Assembly: GCA_043228905.1 (NCBI GenBank)
Contig: JBHGNT010000003.1
Coordinates: 18,228,001 to 18,292,000, forward strand
DNA: 64,000 bases
Direction of reading: 5' to 3'
DNA from: Azolla caroliniana
Taxonomy: Eukaryota; Plantae; Polypodiophyta
Below, one piece after another: positions 25,401-39,687 of the stretch. The position numbers and the translations under genes are program-made. The number at the start of each line of letters is the position of its first letter. Within the stretch, counting starts at the first letter, position 1. Under the pieces are notes generated by a model, which saw only the letters and a list, made by a program, of their open reading frames with translations, had not been told where the DNA came from and searched no databases.

Positions 25401-28400
25401 AGTGAAATCGGACTCTCTTCGCGGGTCTCGATTTCGGGCTCATCCGGAGGCATCTCGGCCTCTCTGACCTCATCATCAGAGCTCAGATTGGAGTCGGGGT
25501 TCGGAGTCGGGGGCTGGTACCAGGACGCGGACTCGTCAAACACAACGTCGCGGCTGACACGCGCTTGTTTGGTGCAAGGGTTATAGCACTTATAACCCTT
25601 CTGCTCGTCCGAGTAACCGACCAAGATGCATTTCTCGGCCTTTGCATCCAGCTTCCTCCTTTTCTCCTTTGGTACATGCATATACGCAATGCTACCGAAC
25701 ACCCTCAACTGTCGCAAGTTCGGCTTCGTTCCGAAATATAGCTCGTGCGCCGACACTTTGTCTCCGATCCGGTTTTGGATGTATACCGCGGTCCTTACCA
25801 CCTAGGTCCAGTAGAACTTGGGCAAGCTCTTCTCCTCCAGCATTGCCCATGCCACTTCCACAATTGACCGATTTCTTCCTCTCGGCCACGTTGTTCTGCT
25901 TCGGCGTGTATCTACAACTGAATTCGCGCCGAATTCCCATTTGTTGTAGATAACAATTGAATTGACCAGAAAAGTACTCTTTCCCGCCATCCGACCGCAG
26001 GCACTTGATCTTTCGTCCCGTTTCCGTTTCCACGAACCCTTTGAGGTCCCGGAAACAGTCGAAGACTTCGCTCTTCCTCTCAATGAGGTAGATCCACGTG
26101 TGCCGCGTGTGGTCGTCGATGAAGGAGACGAAATATCGGCTCCCGCCAAGACTAACGTTTTGTGCCGGCCCCCATACATCGGAGTGTATAAGGTCGAGTT
26201 TGTTCCGGCTCCGGTTTCGCTCGTTGGGGAAAGAAAGTCGGTGTTGCTTCCCGAGCTGGCAAGCTTCACAAATTTGTGCCTTTCGGCCACTAAATTTGGG
26301 CAATCCGAACACTACCTGTTTCGATTGCAGATCTCGAAGCCGCTGGTAGTTGACGTGGCCTATCCGCTTGTGCCACAAGTCGATGTCCGACTCGGATTTT
26401 TGTCCCTTTGCAAACATCGCGGTGCCGCTGTCAGTGGAATCGAGGATGAACATCCTCCCGTCTCTGCGCCCTTGCGCAATCACACGGCCTTCTTCCTCAA
26501 TGAAGCACCCGAGGTGTGTAAACCGAACCTCCATCCCTTGGTCGACGATCTGTCTGACCGAGACCAAGTTCTTCGTGATTGTCAAAACGTGCAGTACGTT
26601 CATGAGCTTCCCTTTCTGCCCGACGTGGCTAAGGGGAACTTCTCCGACATTCGCGATCGGATGCGGAGTGTCGTCTCCAGTTGCGACTACTCCAGGTTGT
26701 ATCGGTTTTTCAAGGTACGAGAACCACTCCTTATGGCTCGTCATGTGGTTTGACGCTCCGGAGTCTACATACCACACCTCGTCCGATCTCGGGGTGGTCC
26801 GTTTCATTGAGTTTGCTTCATGTCTCGTCATGAAGACAGACCCTTCTCCGGCTCTCCCGGAGTCTTCGGCGTAGTGCGATCGCTGCCAATTTCCCTTGTC
26901 GGTATTTCCGGAGCCGTTTCCGGAACCGGTTCTCTCCGAATCGGCGTGCTTCTTTCAGCACTCACTTTCCCTGTGGCCTTTCTTGCCACAGTACCAGCAC
27001 TCCACGATGGCCTTCCCTTGCCGGTTCTCATCGCTTCGACTTCCCCTATTTCCGAAGGGTCCGGAGTTGCTGTCGGCATCACTTCGGTGCCTTCTTCCTT
27101 GATCTCGTCGGCCGCCTCCATTGCGCGCCGACTCACCTCGTCCTCCACGTCCACGAGGCCTATCTCCCTCCATGTACAGCATTCTGTTGTCGGTGTGCAT
27201 GCTTGTAGACGCACCCGCGTGGTTCTCCTCTACCAGGAGCATTGACTGTAAGTCGAAAAAGGACAGCGTATTCTCCCGGGTACACACAGCCGTTCGGAAC
27301 GCTCCGAACTTCGATGCCAAACCTCCGAGACAGATCTGGACCATCTCGCTCTCCTCGATGTTAACCTCTATGGAGGCGAGGGAGTCGCAGATATCCTTGA
27401 TCTTCGAGGTATAGTCCGCCATCGACAAGTCGCGTTGTCATAGGTTGCTCAACTCCTGTCGGAGCTGAAGCTTCCTGGCAGTGGTGCTCGCGGTGAAAAT
27501 CTTCTTCAGATTTTCCCACGCACCCTTCGACGTCTTTGCATCCCGAACATAGCTCAATAGTTGTTCGCCCACACACGACGCGAAGCAGTATAATACCCTG
27601 CTCGCCGATTGCTCCCACGACGGGAAGTCTCTGTGTGTCGATTCGGGTGCCGCGTCATTAGCTCCTTCGACATAACTCCAGTAGCCGTGCCCGAGCAGGT
27701 ACTGGTGCATCTTGTAGGACCAAGACGCGTAGTTGGTTCTGTCGAGCTTCTCTATTGGAAGCGAGCTCGCCATGCCTCTATCCATCATTCTTCTTGTTCT
27801 TCTTCGTCAAGCTGTGTCGGCTGCAGAGAGGTTCTCAACCCTCGTACTCTGATACCATGTAAAGAGTAACGTGCGGAAGCAAGTATGAAGACCGAACAGA
27901 AGGAAGAAAACTTAGGTTTAATGGAGAGCTTGAGCTTACGCAGTATACGCGGGAGAGACAGAGAGAGTGATAGAGAGAAAACACAAGAACTATATTCAAA
28001 AAACTCTATTCACCATTCTCTATACATATGCGTGTTCAATGAACACTTTTATACAAGTCTTAGAAGGACTGACCGAAGTACTGACAATACTTCAATGCTC
28101 AATAAGAGCTCCTACACTAACTCCCAAATATATTCCTCACGGAATATCTTTCCTAACGGCCTCCTGGTTTACGCATCGATCCGGTCCTACCTACGCACCA
28201 GTCTGCGTACCGGTTTACGCATTCGGCCTAATCGATCGGTCCCAACCGATCCGGTCCTCGGCTTCTTCAGCCGATCTGGCCAATGTTGAGCTTGTCTCTC
28301 AACATGTACAAATCCCTATAGGGACGCGATAGTTCCATCTTATGTGGATACCGACTGACTCAAGAAAGGGAGAGGACGACCATTGTTGGATGAAGGCTAT

Positions 28401-29090
28401 TCGTTGTCTTTCAACTCCATCGGAGCTGCCCTTGAGGCCATCATATTGGCTCTTTAGAGTGGCTACAATTTCACTCAATATCTCTTGCAGTAACATTGTG
28501 GGATGCGCGGTTTGGTTGGAGAAAACCCGTCTACACCGTTGTTTTCATAGAATCCAAAGAGTTATTGGGCTGACCAATTCCAACACAACTTGAGATTTGT
28601 CATTAAGAGGAGTTGAGTGGACATTGCTGATGGTGGAGAAAAAAACCTCTTGTGCTTTTATCACCAAAGTCATCCCCTCCTCCTGATGCTCGTATCTGCC
28701 AATTGGGGTCAGCCGTGATAGCCAACATATATTTCCCCACTTGATTGAGCCTTGCACTTGACATAATTGCAACAAACGGCCAACCCCCCGCCATATTCGA
28801 TGGGACGCTAGGCAATCCCACAAAGCGTGTCGTATTGATTCTACTGCATTTGGACACTCTACACAATTAGGAGAGCTAAGGTTCCCACGTTGCCATGCTC
28901 CCACCGGCAGTGACTTATGTATTAATAGCCATTGGAACGTGCTAATTCGCCTCGCGTGTTGTTGTTTCCAGATTTTCTGCCAAAACTTGGTGATAATTCT
29001 GTGAGGAACTTGATATGTGTGCTAGACCTTTGCAGCAACTGGCTCTCGAGCAGTTTGAGCAGCTACGAGTTGAGAAAGCAAGAGAGTGCT
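22442..29090 (-). mobile_element. L1-type LINE 3' fragment, interrupted by Copia A2
   Basis: zf-RVT CVEC...ESIRHALWDC (28545-28904). The C-terminus RWNYRVPIGICT* is restored by removing A2. Short A-tail at 22442-22450. The 5' boundary is approximate and no TSD was found. Confidence 0.75.
22508..28304 (-). mobile_element. Ty1/Copia family A copy 2, full length but decayed
   Basis: TSD TGTAC at 22503-22507 and 28305-28309. 447-bp LTRs 22508-22954 and 27858-28304 (about 22 substitutions by hand count, ~5%). PBS 27846-27857, PPT 22955-22965. gag-PR-IN-RT-RNase H pieces homologous to A1. Confidence 0.97.
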
Positions 29091-29757
29091 TCTTGAACCA
29101 CTTTAAGTTTGATATATTTGAAGGGATACCTAAACAATAAAATCAAATACACTTGTCTTGTATAGCTATCATTGGAATTTGGCCCATTAAACTTCTCTAA
29201 TGTCCAATCAATATTTATGAGTTGTCTTTGTCAAAGTATGCAAATATTAATATAAGAAGTTAACCACAACCATACAAAGCGTAAAATTGCAATTATCATT
29301 TGGTATATATGTAAGGCTAGTTTCAACATATACTTTCTATATGCATTCTAAAATATGGGGTATTCGTGTAGGCAAAAGAGCTTGTGTGACCAATTCATAC
29401 TTGTCGGCTTATCAAATTTACATGCATGTTAGAATGTATGCGTAAAAAGAGTGATATGTTAGCTTCCTCACCTAGGTGGCCCATTCACCCATATTGAAAC
29501 TACATGGGTGCTTGGGTGTCTATTTATAGAAAGAAATATGTAGGCTAAACCAAAGGGTTGAGACCAGTGTTGGGCAAAATTTCTAGTCCCTACCGGAAAT
29601 TTTCCTGCTTCTTATGATCCTAACTGGAAATTAAAAAATTTAACCGACCACTTTCCTACGAGCGATAATGTCAACCAGAACATGTTAATTTTTTTTGGGC
29701 ACATACCAATTTTTTTTGCCACATCCTATTATAGCAGACTAATCTATGTAACATCTT

Positions 29758-31951
29758 TTTTTTTTAGTAACACTTTTATTGCTAGTGGGAAACCTCAAAG
29801 TGAGGTGAAAACCCACAAAGAATAAAGAAAAATATACACATGTCAATTAGACACTAAAGAGCTTAAAAGCACTCAAAGAAAAGGTTGTAAATTTGGAGTG
29901 TGATGTCTCTAAGTTGCAAGCAATCAAATAGAGATTGCCTAAGGGATTGCTTAAAGAAGCTAACTTCATGCAATTGGTTTCGATCAAAGTCCTTATTATT
30001 ACGAGTTGTCCAAATGGTCCAAAACGTCCACCACATCTTGCACAATGCGGCGAGGCTATCGATCGCTTTTGAAGATTCGACCTAGTCGGGAGCACATCCA
30101 ATAAGCATCTCCATAGGAATATCCGTTGCTTAAGTGGAAGACCAGAGCTCCATAAGTTTGCAAGCCTGTTATTCCACCAAGACTGCGTTTTGTGTAGGTT
30201 CCATAATGCATTTGCATGTTCGTGAAACCATGGGACAGGTTGCAACAACATATACACTGAATGTGTTGTAATGTTATGCATTGGAATAACAATGTTCCCT
30301 TTTTGTAACATCCAATCTTGAATGTTGCGATCTCCATTGAGAGGTGGCACAGGTACTAAGGAAAGCACCAACTCAGTGACTTGATTCCATATAACGTGAT
30401 GATGTGGCTCAAGATTATAACGACATGTCATGTCATTGAAGTGCAATAAGTGACCTTGGTCATTTACCACGTCTACAATTGATTTCAGCCCCTTCTTTGC
30501 TAAAAAATAAGCTTTCCTAGGCTCTTGTTCAGCTAATAATTGTGGGAATATAGCACTCCAGTGTAAGCTTTCAAGGCGTAAAGAGTTCCCTGATTCTGAA
30601 TTCCTACCTCTCCATTTTATGTGGTGCAATACGTCCTTCCAGTGCTTTAGAAGCTTTGAGCTAAACGGACAACCTTTGATGTGCCCGTCAAGATTTCCAA
30701 ACACTACATCCCAATGATTAGTTTCCCATGAGCCAAATGACTTAGTTTTCAAATGATCAAACATATTAGATAGCATTCTTGCCCAAGGCAATGTTTTTTC
30801 AGCAAATTTCGGCAATAAAATAGCTTTTCTAGCCAACGTATGCAAATGCAAATTAAGAAAATTTAGCCCTCCACTCAATTATGGAGTGCATATCTTCTCT
30901 AGTAATAAAGGTCATATACCTCTATGCGACTGCTTAGAGCACCAAAAGTTGCTGATGATTTCTGAGTTAATCTTTTTTATCATGTGTTTCGGCCAATCAA
31001 TCATCATTAAGTAATACTGCATATAAGCCATGAATATTGATTGCACTATCCTCAATCTGACATGGAGTGGCCATGTTGCAATCTTCCAATAGCTTAGCTT
31101 TTGTCTCACTTTTTGCAAAACCCATTCAGTCTTTCTTTTCCCTGTTGCATTCCATCCCAATGGATAGCCAAGATGTCTAACCATTTCATTTGGGCTAACA
31201 ACCTGACCTAGCCACAAAAGTTGATGCCAACTATATGGCGTCAAGGGTAGAAGTTTGGACTTGTTGAAGTTAACATGCAATCCAACAGCATCCATAATCA
31301 CCCTCATATCATTTGGATTGTTTTGTGATAGGAATGATGTATCATCTGCATATGCTTGAGCCACGAAATCATGTCCTTCTTTCATTTGCAAACCATGAAG
31401 TTGATCAATTGATACTAGATGATCCATGTACAATAGTAGTGGATGAGTTGCGATTGCATACAACAATGCACTTACAGGACAACCTTGTCATACTGATTTG
31501 GATAAGCTCCATGAATCTGTCAATTCACCCTCAATAATGCATGAAGATGTGCTAGACCCATAAAGCCAATAGATTACTTGAGACATTTTTGGACCAAATC
31601 CTAGTTTGACCATTGTGGCTGCCACAAAATCCCATTGGATGGTGTCAAAAACCTTTTCAATGTCAATTTTCATGAGCAATACATCTTGTTTGGTGTATTT
31701 GTCATACTCCATTCCAATATAAGCATTAACAATATTATCTGTAATTTGCCTTCGAGGAATGAACCCATACTGGTTTACGCGTATGCATCCCAACAAAGTG
31801 TCCTTAATACGATTAGCAATTATCTTTGCAATAAGTTTGTGGATCACTGGCATGAGAGTGATTGGTCGCCAATCCGAAAAAGATTCACACAGTTTCTTTT
31901 TGGGTATTAATTTGACCAAACCTTCTTTCCATGAGATCGGCATATCCCTCC
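29758..31951 (-). mobile_element. 5'-truncated L1-type LINE with poly(A) tail and 15-bp TSD
   Basis: RT motifs WRPITL, KIDIEKVFD, YADD (31943-30912), and a zf-RVT region. T-run from about 29756. TSD TCTATGTA(A/G)CATCTT at 29743-29757 and 31952-31966. Confidence 0.9.
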
Positions 31952-32427
31952 TCTATGTAGCATCTTAATCAAATCCACAACCTTATATCATGTTATCTTT
32001 TCTTGATGAGTTATTTACCATTGTGGTGGCCAAAGACTTTGACATCCTTGGCAACACATGTATGTTTAAGGCTTCAATATTATTCATAACTTGTCTATAT
32101 CTAAGTTGTGTACAAACAACAATGTATGGATACATTTCTAAGAATTTGGCCTCTCCTATCCAAGCAAAAGATCATGGAATTTGGTACTTTGGCTATATAC
32201 ATACTCAAAATCAAGAATGATTGAAAAGCTATTATTCCAATAATAGTTGTTTAGGCCTATCAATTTTTTTCGGCCTTATCTAGGTTATCTATCAACAATT
32301 TCTGGCTTTGTGAATTCATTGAGCTCTGCAATGGAAAAAAGGAACAAACCATACTTTTATATAGCTTTGAGCCACCACCAACATTGTCAATAAAAGAATA
32401 GTGACACATGCAATGGACACAGAAAAT

Positions 32428-34407
32428 TGTTGGGAAACATGTCCATCCAGATGGGAAGAGAAGTATCGTGTTGGTGGGAAACCGAAATTGAAAACCGAAA
32501 CCGAAACCAAAATCGAAGTCAAAAACCGAAATTGTTTCAAAAGACTATAATTGTAAATAGTCTAAAATGCCCCTTGTGGGCTATACTTGTAAATAGCCAA
32601 AAAGTTGCTTTTGTTTATAAACAACTAGGGAAAACTTTAGTCATGTGTAGTTGATTATTATTGAAAACGAATGAGGTAGTTGCCTCTGTAACCGTGAGTG
32701 AGAGAGTGAGAGTGTAACTCTGTAGCCGCCTGTCAGACGAAGGAGAACTCGAGGTCGTTGCCTCTGAGTTCTGTATCTGTACTACCTCTCTACTATAGTG
32801 ATCTATTTCCACGAGGTTTTTCCTATTTTGGGTTTTCCACGTAAAATATTGGTGTCTCTATGTCTTCACTTTCTTTGTTTGTGTACTAGTTCTTGGCTTC
32901 TGCACATGAACACGAACATGTAACCGGTCGATTCCTAACAAAGTGTTATCAGAGCGATGGAAGACTCGTTTGGCAGCATGTTTAAGCTAAACGACTTCAA
33001 CTACTTAGTGTGGAAGTTGAAGATGAGAGACATGCTCGTGTGCAAAGACCTCTAGCTGTAAGTGCAGTTTAGAGATAAAAGACCAGACAAGATCGATGCA
33101 GCGACTTGGGAAGTGTCGCATCTGAAGGCGGTCGCATATATAAGGTGTTTTATAGACATGAGTCTATACAACAACTTTGGCGAAGAAACAGAAGCAAACG
33201 TCCTATGGAAGAAGATCGACTTCATGTTCGAAAACAAGAACGTCGTGAACCGAGTCTCAGTATTTCGAAAAATCGTGAGACTACAGTTTTAGGATGGCTC
33301 TAGTATGGCAGAGCACATCAATGCCTTCCAAGGATTGATGAACCAAACCATCTCTCTAGAAGTACCTCTGGCCGACGAGGTATTAACATTACTGTTGTTG
33401 GGATCCCTTTTGGACAGTTGGGAGACTCTCGTTGTCACTTTGGGCAATGTTGGGTTGGAAGGGAAGCATCTATTCCTAGAGTAGGAGAAGTCGAGCTTGC
33501 TGAATGAAGAAGCTCGCCAAAAGGACCGTGAGTCCAATACCGACCAGAAGGCCTTAGTCACGGAAGGTGACACGATTCGGGGAAGAGGCCGAAATAGAAG
33601 TCCCCAGAACCGAGATAAGTCGGGGACCAGGTCAAAGTCAAGGGGGAGGCCAACGTGCTTCTATTATGGGAAGCTAGGGCACTTCCAGAAAAATTGCCGA
33701 TACTTTTGAAAGGAGAAAGGGGGAGCTGATGGTGTAGAGCCGAAGAAAATCCCGGATAGGAAGAACATCTCAGCAATCGCTGCTCATCAGTGAGCAAAAC
33801 GAAGTGAATCTCGCCGGCGAAGAATAGACATGGGTGGTCGATTCGGGTGTGTCATTCCACCTAACCCCTGACCGAATGTGCTTCTCATCTTATAGAGCCA
33901 GGGATCTCGGAACTGTAAAGATGGGAAATGAAGGAGCATGCCGAATCGTCGGCATTGGAGATGTGTGTTTGGAAACATCAACCGGGTGCAAACTCAAGTT
34001 GAGAGATGTACAACACGTTCTGGAGATTCGATTGAACCTAATATCAGTCGGTCGGCTAGATGATGAAGGCTACACGGGTAGCATCCGTAATGGTGTCATG
34101 AAGTTTTGCAAAGGAAATTTGATCGTGCCTCAAGCCCGGAAAATCAACACACTCCACATAATGAATGCTCGAATATGCCGAGGGGAAGCAAACGTGGCAA
34201 CCGACAGGGTTAGTGAATTGTGGCACATGAGGTTTTGCCATATGAACCAGAAGGGGATGCGAAATCTTGCTGAGGACAAACTCATTCCAGAGGTGAAGAA
34301 CGTGCAACTTGAGAAGTGCACTGATTGCTTAGCCGGCAAGAAGAATCGAACATCTTTCCGAACGAGGCCCCGATGAGGAAGGAAATATTGTTGGAGCTCG
34401 TGCATAC
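32428..34407 (+). mobile_element. Copia C, 5' half (relative of B)
   Basis: LTR 32428-32940 (TGTTGGG...CCTAACA), degenerate PBS TGTTATCAGAGC 32944-32955. gag from 32957 resembling B, PR WVVDSG, pre-integrase LWH. Breaks at LELVHT. Confidence 0.88.
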
Positions 34408-37400
34408 ATGTCTGAGTCGGTAAACCCTTCGAGCATGGGTTTTCCGACACCATACCTAAGGTACACACCCGAGGTGCCTTTTAAGTACATGAGTATCCAT
34501 TTCATTGTTGCCCAATGTTCTCTACTTGGATTACTCATATATCGTCTTACTACCCCCACAACAAATGCTATGTCTAGTCTCGTACAAACCATAACATACA
34601 TTGAATTGCCGACGACTGGGGCATATGGTACTTTCTTCATCTCAGCCTTTTCTTTCTCCCCTCTTGGGCATTGCTTGGCATTTAGCTTGTAGTTGATCGG
34701 CAACACAGAGCTGACTAGCCTTGACTTCGACATGTTGAATCTTTCTAGGATCTTCGTCACGTATTTCTCTTGTGACAACCCCAACACTTTCTTAGTTCTA
34801 TCTCAAACCATGTGCATCCCTAAGATCTGTTTAGCTAGTCCAAGATCTTTCATGGCAAAGGACTTGCCTAGTACTTTCTTCAAGCTCACGATCCTCTTCG
34901 TGTCTTGTCTAACTATCAACATGTCATCCACATATAATAAGAGAATCAAGAAGTCACCTTCTTCGTACCATTTGACGAACACAAAATGATCATCCTATGT
35001 TTTCTGGAACCTATGTTCCACCACGAAGGATTTGAACATCTTGTACCATTGGTGTGGAGCTTGTTTCAACCCATACAAGCTTTTCTTCAGCCGACACACC
35101 AGGTTCTCTTCACTTTCTCCACAAAGCCTTTGGGCAGCTGCATGTAGATCTCTTCAACTAGCTCCTCGTGCAAGAATGTTGTCTTAACATCAAACCGGTC
35201 GATCTCCATACTGACAGCTATGCTCAGAACAATTCGACTTGATGTCATCTTCACGACTAGTGTGAATATTTCATCGAAGTCGACACCCTTTTTCTGTTGG
35301 GATCCCTTCACCACAATGTGACCTTTAAATCTGTTGTGTCGTCGACTTCTCCAGTCTTCACCTTGTAGACCCATTTATTTCTAAGTGCTCTTTTACCTTT
35401 TGGTAGTTCTACCAGGTCATAGGTGTAGTTCTCATGCAAGGAGTCCATTTCATCTTGCATTGCGCTCAGCCATTTCTCCTTGTCCTCATTAGCTATGGCT
35501 TCTTCATAGCACTCTAGCTCACCTTCATCAGTCAAGAGGATGTATTGACTAGCATATGTCGTCGATGCTTTCCTTTCTCTAACTGGGTATCTCCTTCCAC
35601 TCGTTGTCGGCTCCAACTCGGATGTCTCTACCAACTCTACTCTTGGCTTGGGTTCATATGTGTCGATCGGTCGTTGGGGGTTTGCCGATTCTCACTCATA
35701 GTCCTCAATTGACTTCAATCTGCTGACTTCGACTCATTTGTGTTGGCCAATTGCTCCGAGTCGACCGACTCGGATTCGGTTGTGCTGACTAGCTATCTCC
35801 TAACAGCCGACTGTGTCGGTTCACTTGGCCTTAAGTCAGTGGTAGTGGGAGTCGATGAGGAAGTCAATTTTGACTTCTGTTTTTTCCAGTCCTCAATCGT
35901 CTTCTCTTCCAAGAAGAGAACGTCCCGACTCCTCACTACCTTCTTGTCAACTAAGTCCCACAACCTGTAGCCGAACTCGTCCTCCGAGTATCCCATGAAT
36001 ATGCATGGTTTCGACTTACTATTGAGCTTTGACCTCTGATCCTTAGCCACATGCATATACACTAAGCATTTGAACACCCTCAAGTGGTCGTAGGAGACAT
36101 CCTTTCTTGTTCATACCCTTTGTGGGGCATCACCTTTCAATGGTACGGAGGGGGACCTATTGATCAGGTACACAATTGTGTACATTCCCTCATCCCAATA
36201 CGATTTTTGCAGCTTGGCATGTGACAACATGATCTTTACTCTCTCCATAATTGTTCGATTCATCCTCTCTGCAAGCCCATTCAACTCTGGGGTCTTTGGT
36301 ACAGTGTATTCGATTCGAATACCCTGGGCCTTGCAGTATTCCTCAAACTACCCTTTATATTTGCCACCATTGTTGGTTTGGACAGCCTTCAGCTTGTGAT
36401 CTGACTCTCGTTCGGTTCTTTCCTGGAACTCCTTGAACATTGACAATACTTGATCCTTTAACTTCAATAAAAAGGCCCACATCTTCTGACTATAGTCGTC
36501 AATAAACGTTATGAAGTATTATCCACCTCGATGCGATGGAGCATCTATATACCACACATCCGTGTGCACTAGTTCCAGTGCAGCTTCTCTTCTTCTCAGT
36601 GGTCTTGTGTGGAATGTTGCCCTATTCTACTTTCCAACTAAGCAGTCGACACACTTCTCCAAGTGTACCCCTTCCACTTCTGGGAGAAGTTCCTTGTCGG
36701 CCAGGATGTGCATTCCTTTTTCACTCATGTGGCCAAGCCTCATATGCCATAACTCTCCAATCGAGTCGGCTGCCACATTCATTTCCGACTTGTAGAATCG
36801 GACATGCATCATATACAACGTGCCTTCTTCCTGTGCTCGTGCCACTATGAGGTTGGCACGGCAGAACTTCCACTTGTCGTTTCAGAAGCTACCACTGTAG
36901 TCTTCGTCGTCCAATCTTCCAATCGATATCAGATTCAATCTTAAATCGGGGACATGTCAAACTTCCCTCAGCGTGAGTCGACAACCAATCGATGTCGTCA
37001 GGCACACGCTTCCAATGCATGTTATCTTGCACTCTCCATGATCTCCCATCTTTACATAACCATGATCACCGGCTATGTAAGTCGAAAAACACTCTCTCAA
37101 TAGAGTTATATGGAATGATGCACCCAAGTCGATTACCCAGGTGCACTCTTCACTTGCAAGATTTGTGCTTGCCTGCTCACAAATGAACAGAATCTCCTCT
37201 GCACTATTAGCTACGGCCGATGTGCCCTTTTCATCAAGAATCTTCTTGGGTTCAACATTATTGTTGACATTCTTGTCCTTCTTGAGGTGTCGACAATCAT
37301 TCTGAAAGTGTCTAGGCTTTCCTCAATAAAAGCATGTTAGCTTACCTCTGGACTTGGATCTGGCATGGGACTTTTCTCTCCTTAGTGAACTCCTTTGTCG

Positions 37401-38639
37401 ATTCCTTTCTATGCCAGTGTGTTGAGTCAAGTTTGACTCCGACTGGGCCTGGACACCCTTGTCCTTCCTTCTAGTCTCCTCATTCAAGATACTTGTCTTT
37501 ACCGCTTGTAGAGACAAGTTCTCTTCTTGACACGAGGTGCTGAGAGTCACCACCAAATTCTCTCAGTTGTTTGGCAGGGTGATCAGTAGGAGGATGGCTT
37601 GCATTGCATCCTCAACCGAAAACTTAGTTGCCTCAAGTTGGTTCACATACCCCATGAATGTGCTTACGTTCCTGTATTTTAGCCTCAAGATCTTCCTCAT
37701 CAGGGATATTTTGTTGAAGGTGCTCTTCCTCTCATATAAGCCTCACAGCTTTTGCCACATCTCGTAGGCTCTTACATCGACGTAGTGTCGGATGGTGGCC
37801 ACTGCCATCCTATTAAGAAGTTTCCATTCCGACTCTAATACCCCCATGGGTATTTCTACTCTATCGATTGGCTCGTACAAATCTTTGACTATGAGAAGGT
37901 CCTCCATCTTTATCTTCCAGTTCGCATAGTTCTGAGAGTTTAGAACTATCATGCCTGGGAAGCCGCTCACACCTCCTTCCATCTTCAACCTCACTTTGAG
38001 ACCAGTTTGTTGAATTCTAATAGAATATTCGTGAGAAAGATATGCCAAAAATTAACACAACTCGGAAACAAAAAAACAACAAAATGAACAAGATACATGG
38101 TTTTACTTGGAAACCTTAAACGGGGAAAACCACGAGAGAACAGATCTTCACTATACATTGGATACACAATACGACAATATTACAAACACTCTTTCACCGC
38201 AGAGTGTAACAGCCTCGCAAGGCTCTTAACGTCTAAGCTCACTCAATTATGGCATCCTTCCCTATCAGTCACACACTCTCTCTTCTCTCTCGCACTCTAA
38301 CAACAGAGGCTCACAACTGTTCTATTCCACTTCCACTCTGTTTTTCCTAAGTGTATTTATACTTATACACTATATGGGTTATTTACAAATGTAAACACTT
38401 CTACTATCATTCCTATTATAACAATAATAGTTAATCACCCGACTCGTCGACTAGTCGACTCCAATGTCAATTGTCCAGTCGGCCCAACTAATCGTCCTTA
38501 TCTTCGACCATCTGGTCGGCCTAACTAGTTGGTTGAGTTTTCGACTTGGACTCTCCTACTATTGACTCTCCATGTCTTCGACTGTCAGCACTCGACCCGA
38601 TCAGTCAGCTGCTCCAATAGAAGGGACATATTCCTAACA
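34408..38639 (-). mobile_element. Copia D, decayed and 3'-truncated
   Basis: 5' LTR 38008-38639, degenerate PBS 37993-38004. gag from ~37982, with IN and RT fragments. Ends at LEGFTDSDM. Confidence 0.88.
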
Positions 38640-39687
38640 CATGGTATAAGCCCGATTCGGCTCCATCCAACTCGACCGAGAAAGAGTTGAACGTCAACTT
38701 GGAGGACGATATTCGGCCAAGCCCTTCACTAGATACGAAGTCGACCACCTCGATGACAGTGATTTGGATGTGTCAGCTCCCTCGCTAGATAGTGAGTTTG
38801 GTGTACCCATCATGCAGACACCTGGAGTAAAGAAGGCGCTCACATCGGCGAGCAAAAAACTTCGACGTTCATCTTGAGAGAAGAACTTTGTCACTCGGTG
38901 TGGCCACAACGAGTACATGGGCCCATCATTATGCCTTCGCGATGAAGGTAGCGGCCGAACAAGAGCCCGAGGGCTCTATAGAAGTGGCTCGTGACCTACG
39001 ATGGGTGAAAGCAGTCAGTCTTCACCCATTTCACACTACAAGCCTACGTCACCGGCTTGAGGGTTAGGAACCAAGATTGCCTCGGAAAGACCGAAGAAAC
39101 ACAAAGGCCGAACGAAAGCCAAAGCGGAGACTGCCTCGGAAAGGTCGAACAAAGCCGAAGGCCAGACGGAAGCCAATGAAAGCCAAAGTGGACGTTGAAC
39201 GCCGCACACTTGAGTTTGAGGGGGCGTGTTGAGATATCAAGCTTAACTAGATTTAGTTAGTTAGTCAACACATGTAACTTAGTAGTTACCTAGATAGAAT
39301 CTAGTTAGTGTGTTGACCTTAAAGCCTTAAATAGGATTTTGTACTTGAGTGGAATACATTGTAGATCCTCTACTCCCATGATCTTTTAATATAGGACTTA
39401 CACCTTTGTACCTATATTCTACTCATACATGTGCACCTTTGCACATGAGATGTATATATACCTCATTGTGGGTATTTTTGTATTTGTTGATGCTAATTAA
39501 TATAGAGGAAAGGTCTTTAGCTACACTCTTGTTAATCATCCCCCATTTATATTATTGTTCATAAGTGTAACTTCCACTCTCTCTTCCTCTCACACACATA
39601 CGCACACATATCACATAATCTTCCGTCGCTTAACTACTCACATAATTAGTCACTAATTAACCCTAGTTAATTACCTACTTATTAACA
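38640..39687 (+). mobile_element. Copia E remnant (related to family A): IN-RT linker, deletion, PPT and 3' LTR
   Basis: NEYM..HYAFAMKVAAEQEPE homologous to family A. PPT GAGGGGGCG; LTR 39227-39687 (TGTTGA...TTAACA). Abuts ILMYLKG of element F. Confidence 0.8.
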
